Source: Camelus ferus
Taxonomy: Eukaryota
DNA: 64,000 bases
Direction of reading: 5' to 3'
NCBI RefSeq assembly: GCF_009834535.1
Contig: NC_045712.1
Span: 4,278,001-4,342,000, forward strand
Shown here: positions 62,567 to 64,000 of the stretch, in pieces
Numbering within the stretch: the first letter of the stretch is position 1
How the letters are laid out: every line of letters starts with the position of its first letter
Made by a program: the position numbers and the translations under genes
Notes under the pieces: generated by a model
What the model was told of the DNA's origin: nothing
Databases searched by the model: none
Seen by the model: the letters and a program-made list of their open reading frames with translations, nothing else

Positions 62567-64000
62567 CTAAAAGCAACCAAGAGAAACAGGATGGCGATTA
62601 TTAAAGTACCTCTTCATCAGGAGGAATTTTGTTTTTGGATTTCACCTTTCAGAATCTCACACAGGCACATTTATGAGAGACTCTTGAATTTTTAATGAAC
62701 ATAAATTATGTTTACACATACCCAAATTTCTAAGAGAGAGGACACAGTTGTGTTTGATACATGAGCACCGTGGCTCCAAAATTAATTAAAAATCGAGTAA
62801 CATCATGTATTTGACATTATTATGCATCATCTACTAATTGGCAAAATGATGTTCCATTCAGATGGTAACAGCGACACTGCTGATTTAGTGCCTAATTATT
62901 ATACAGTTGTGCTGTAAACAAGTTACTGAGTCAGTCTGTTAATTTTTTTCAATAAACAAACTAAAATAATTTTCCTTTTGTTAGTCATCAGGATATTTTA
63001 ATATCTAAAAATAAATCCTTAAAGATAATATAAATTTAAAAATTCTTATTTTGTAACTGTGAATCTCAAATATCTCAGTACAGAATGAGACTTTTCTTCT
63101 AATTTTTCAGAGTAAGAAGATGATCTCAAGTCAAGGAAGTGATTGGAGGATTCCCTCAGTTTAACTCTAAGATCCTAAGTCTCAGTGGTAGAACATTCCA
63201 GACGCTCATCATTTTTGTGAATTAGGAAAAAAATATGCTCTTCCACTATATCCTTGTGAGGTGTAGTATAATGAATAATAAATAGTTCAAAGTAAACTGT
63301 AAAATTGATGACAACTGTATGCATGTGTAAGGTTTTGTAGTATATGATCAAAATTAAGTTTTACTTTATACATATGGAAGTGTTAAAAAACATTCTTTTT
63401 CCTGAAATAATAGCAAGAATATGCTAAATCTGCAATAATGGATAATGGATAAAATCTACAGGATATACTTTTTAAATGTTGAATTATATGAAATTATGTT
63501 TGATCATTTTGAATTTAAATATGTTTTTATTTTCAATGTTTAATTGCTCATTTCAAAATTTTCTCTGACCATGTCTACCATTCAGATAAATCCAGACTGC
63601 TTAGTTTTTCTCCTTTCATACACATTTAACTTTATAAATGATACAGTGATACAATAATCTCATTGTTCTTTTAAATAATAACACATGTAAGACACTATCG
63701 ACTTTAATATTCAGATATACCCTAACTTTGTCTGTTTTGACCTTCATAATTTATTTAAAAGATTTCCTCATACCTGTAACCTATTTTCTGTCTTCCTATG
63801 CCTTTATCCAAAAGTAACATGAATCAGAATGGATTCTACAGTTCCAGGGTTTCTGGTACTTGACAGCTTACATACGTATTTCAGGATGGTTAAATAGTTT
63901 AGATACATAATAATATTATTTAAAATGGTACTTTAATTGACTCTTCACAAAGTTTCCTGTATTCTAGGTAATAAAGTTCCCTCTTTTATTCAATTTTCAA

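Noticed and set aside
62567-64000. Next upstream CNTN6 exon (second half of FN3-1, …WVEYEFRV…)
   Set aside because: Not found on the minus strand here, so it must lie beyond the window.
1-64000. CRISPR arrays, rRNA, snRNA/7SL/Y-RNA copies, CpG island or promoter
   Set aside because: No repeat-spacer arrays or recognisable RNA-gene sequence were seen. The DNA is CpG-depleted mammalian sequence throughout.

Overview
AT-rich eutherian mammal genomic DNA with three short N-gaps. The only gene I can support is the 3' end of contactin-6 (CNTN6/NB-3) on the minus strand: seven coding exons (62566 down to 44347), all with GT-AG sites. They splice in frame into 992 nt (about 330 aa) covering FN3 domains 2-4 and the GPI-anchor signal, followed by a short 3'UTR. 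Upstream exons lie beyond base 64000. Positions 1-44100 are non-coding downstream sequence made of old repeats (MIR, L2, L1M, MaLR/ERVL LTRs, hAT and Tigger MITEs, one tRNA-Ile-headed SINE) and microsatellites. I saw no Alu, Bov-A/tA, PRE1 or CHR SINEs. That, plus a cetartiodactyl-type L1 3' end, tentatively suggests a camelid-like genome (inference). I found no convincing new biological system. The best leads are a possible intronic-polyadenylation (secreted) CNTN6 isoform, a C-rich/G-rich skew-switch island with a G4 motif near 12.1-12.7 kb, and three candidate enhancers. Repeat family names and human comparisons come from recalled consensus sequences, not from a search, and repeat boundaries are approximate.
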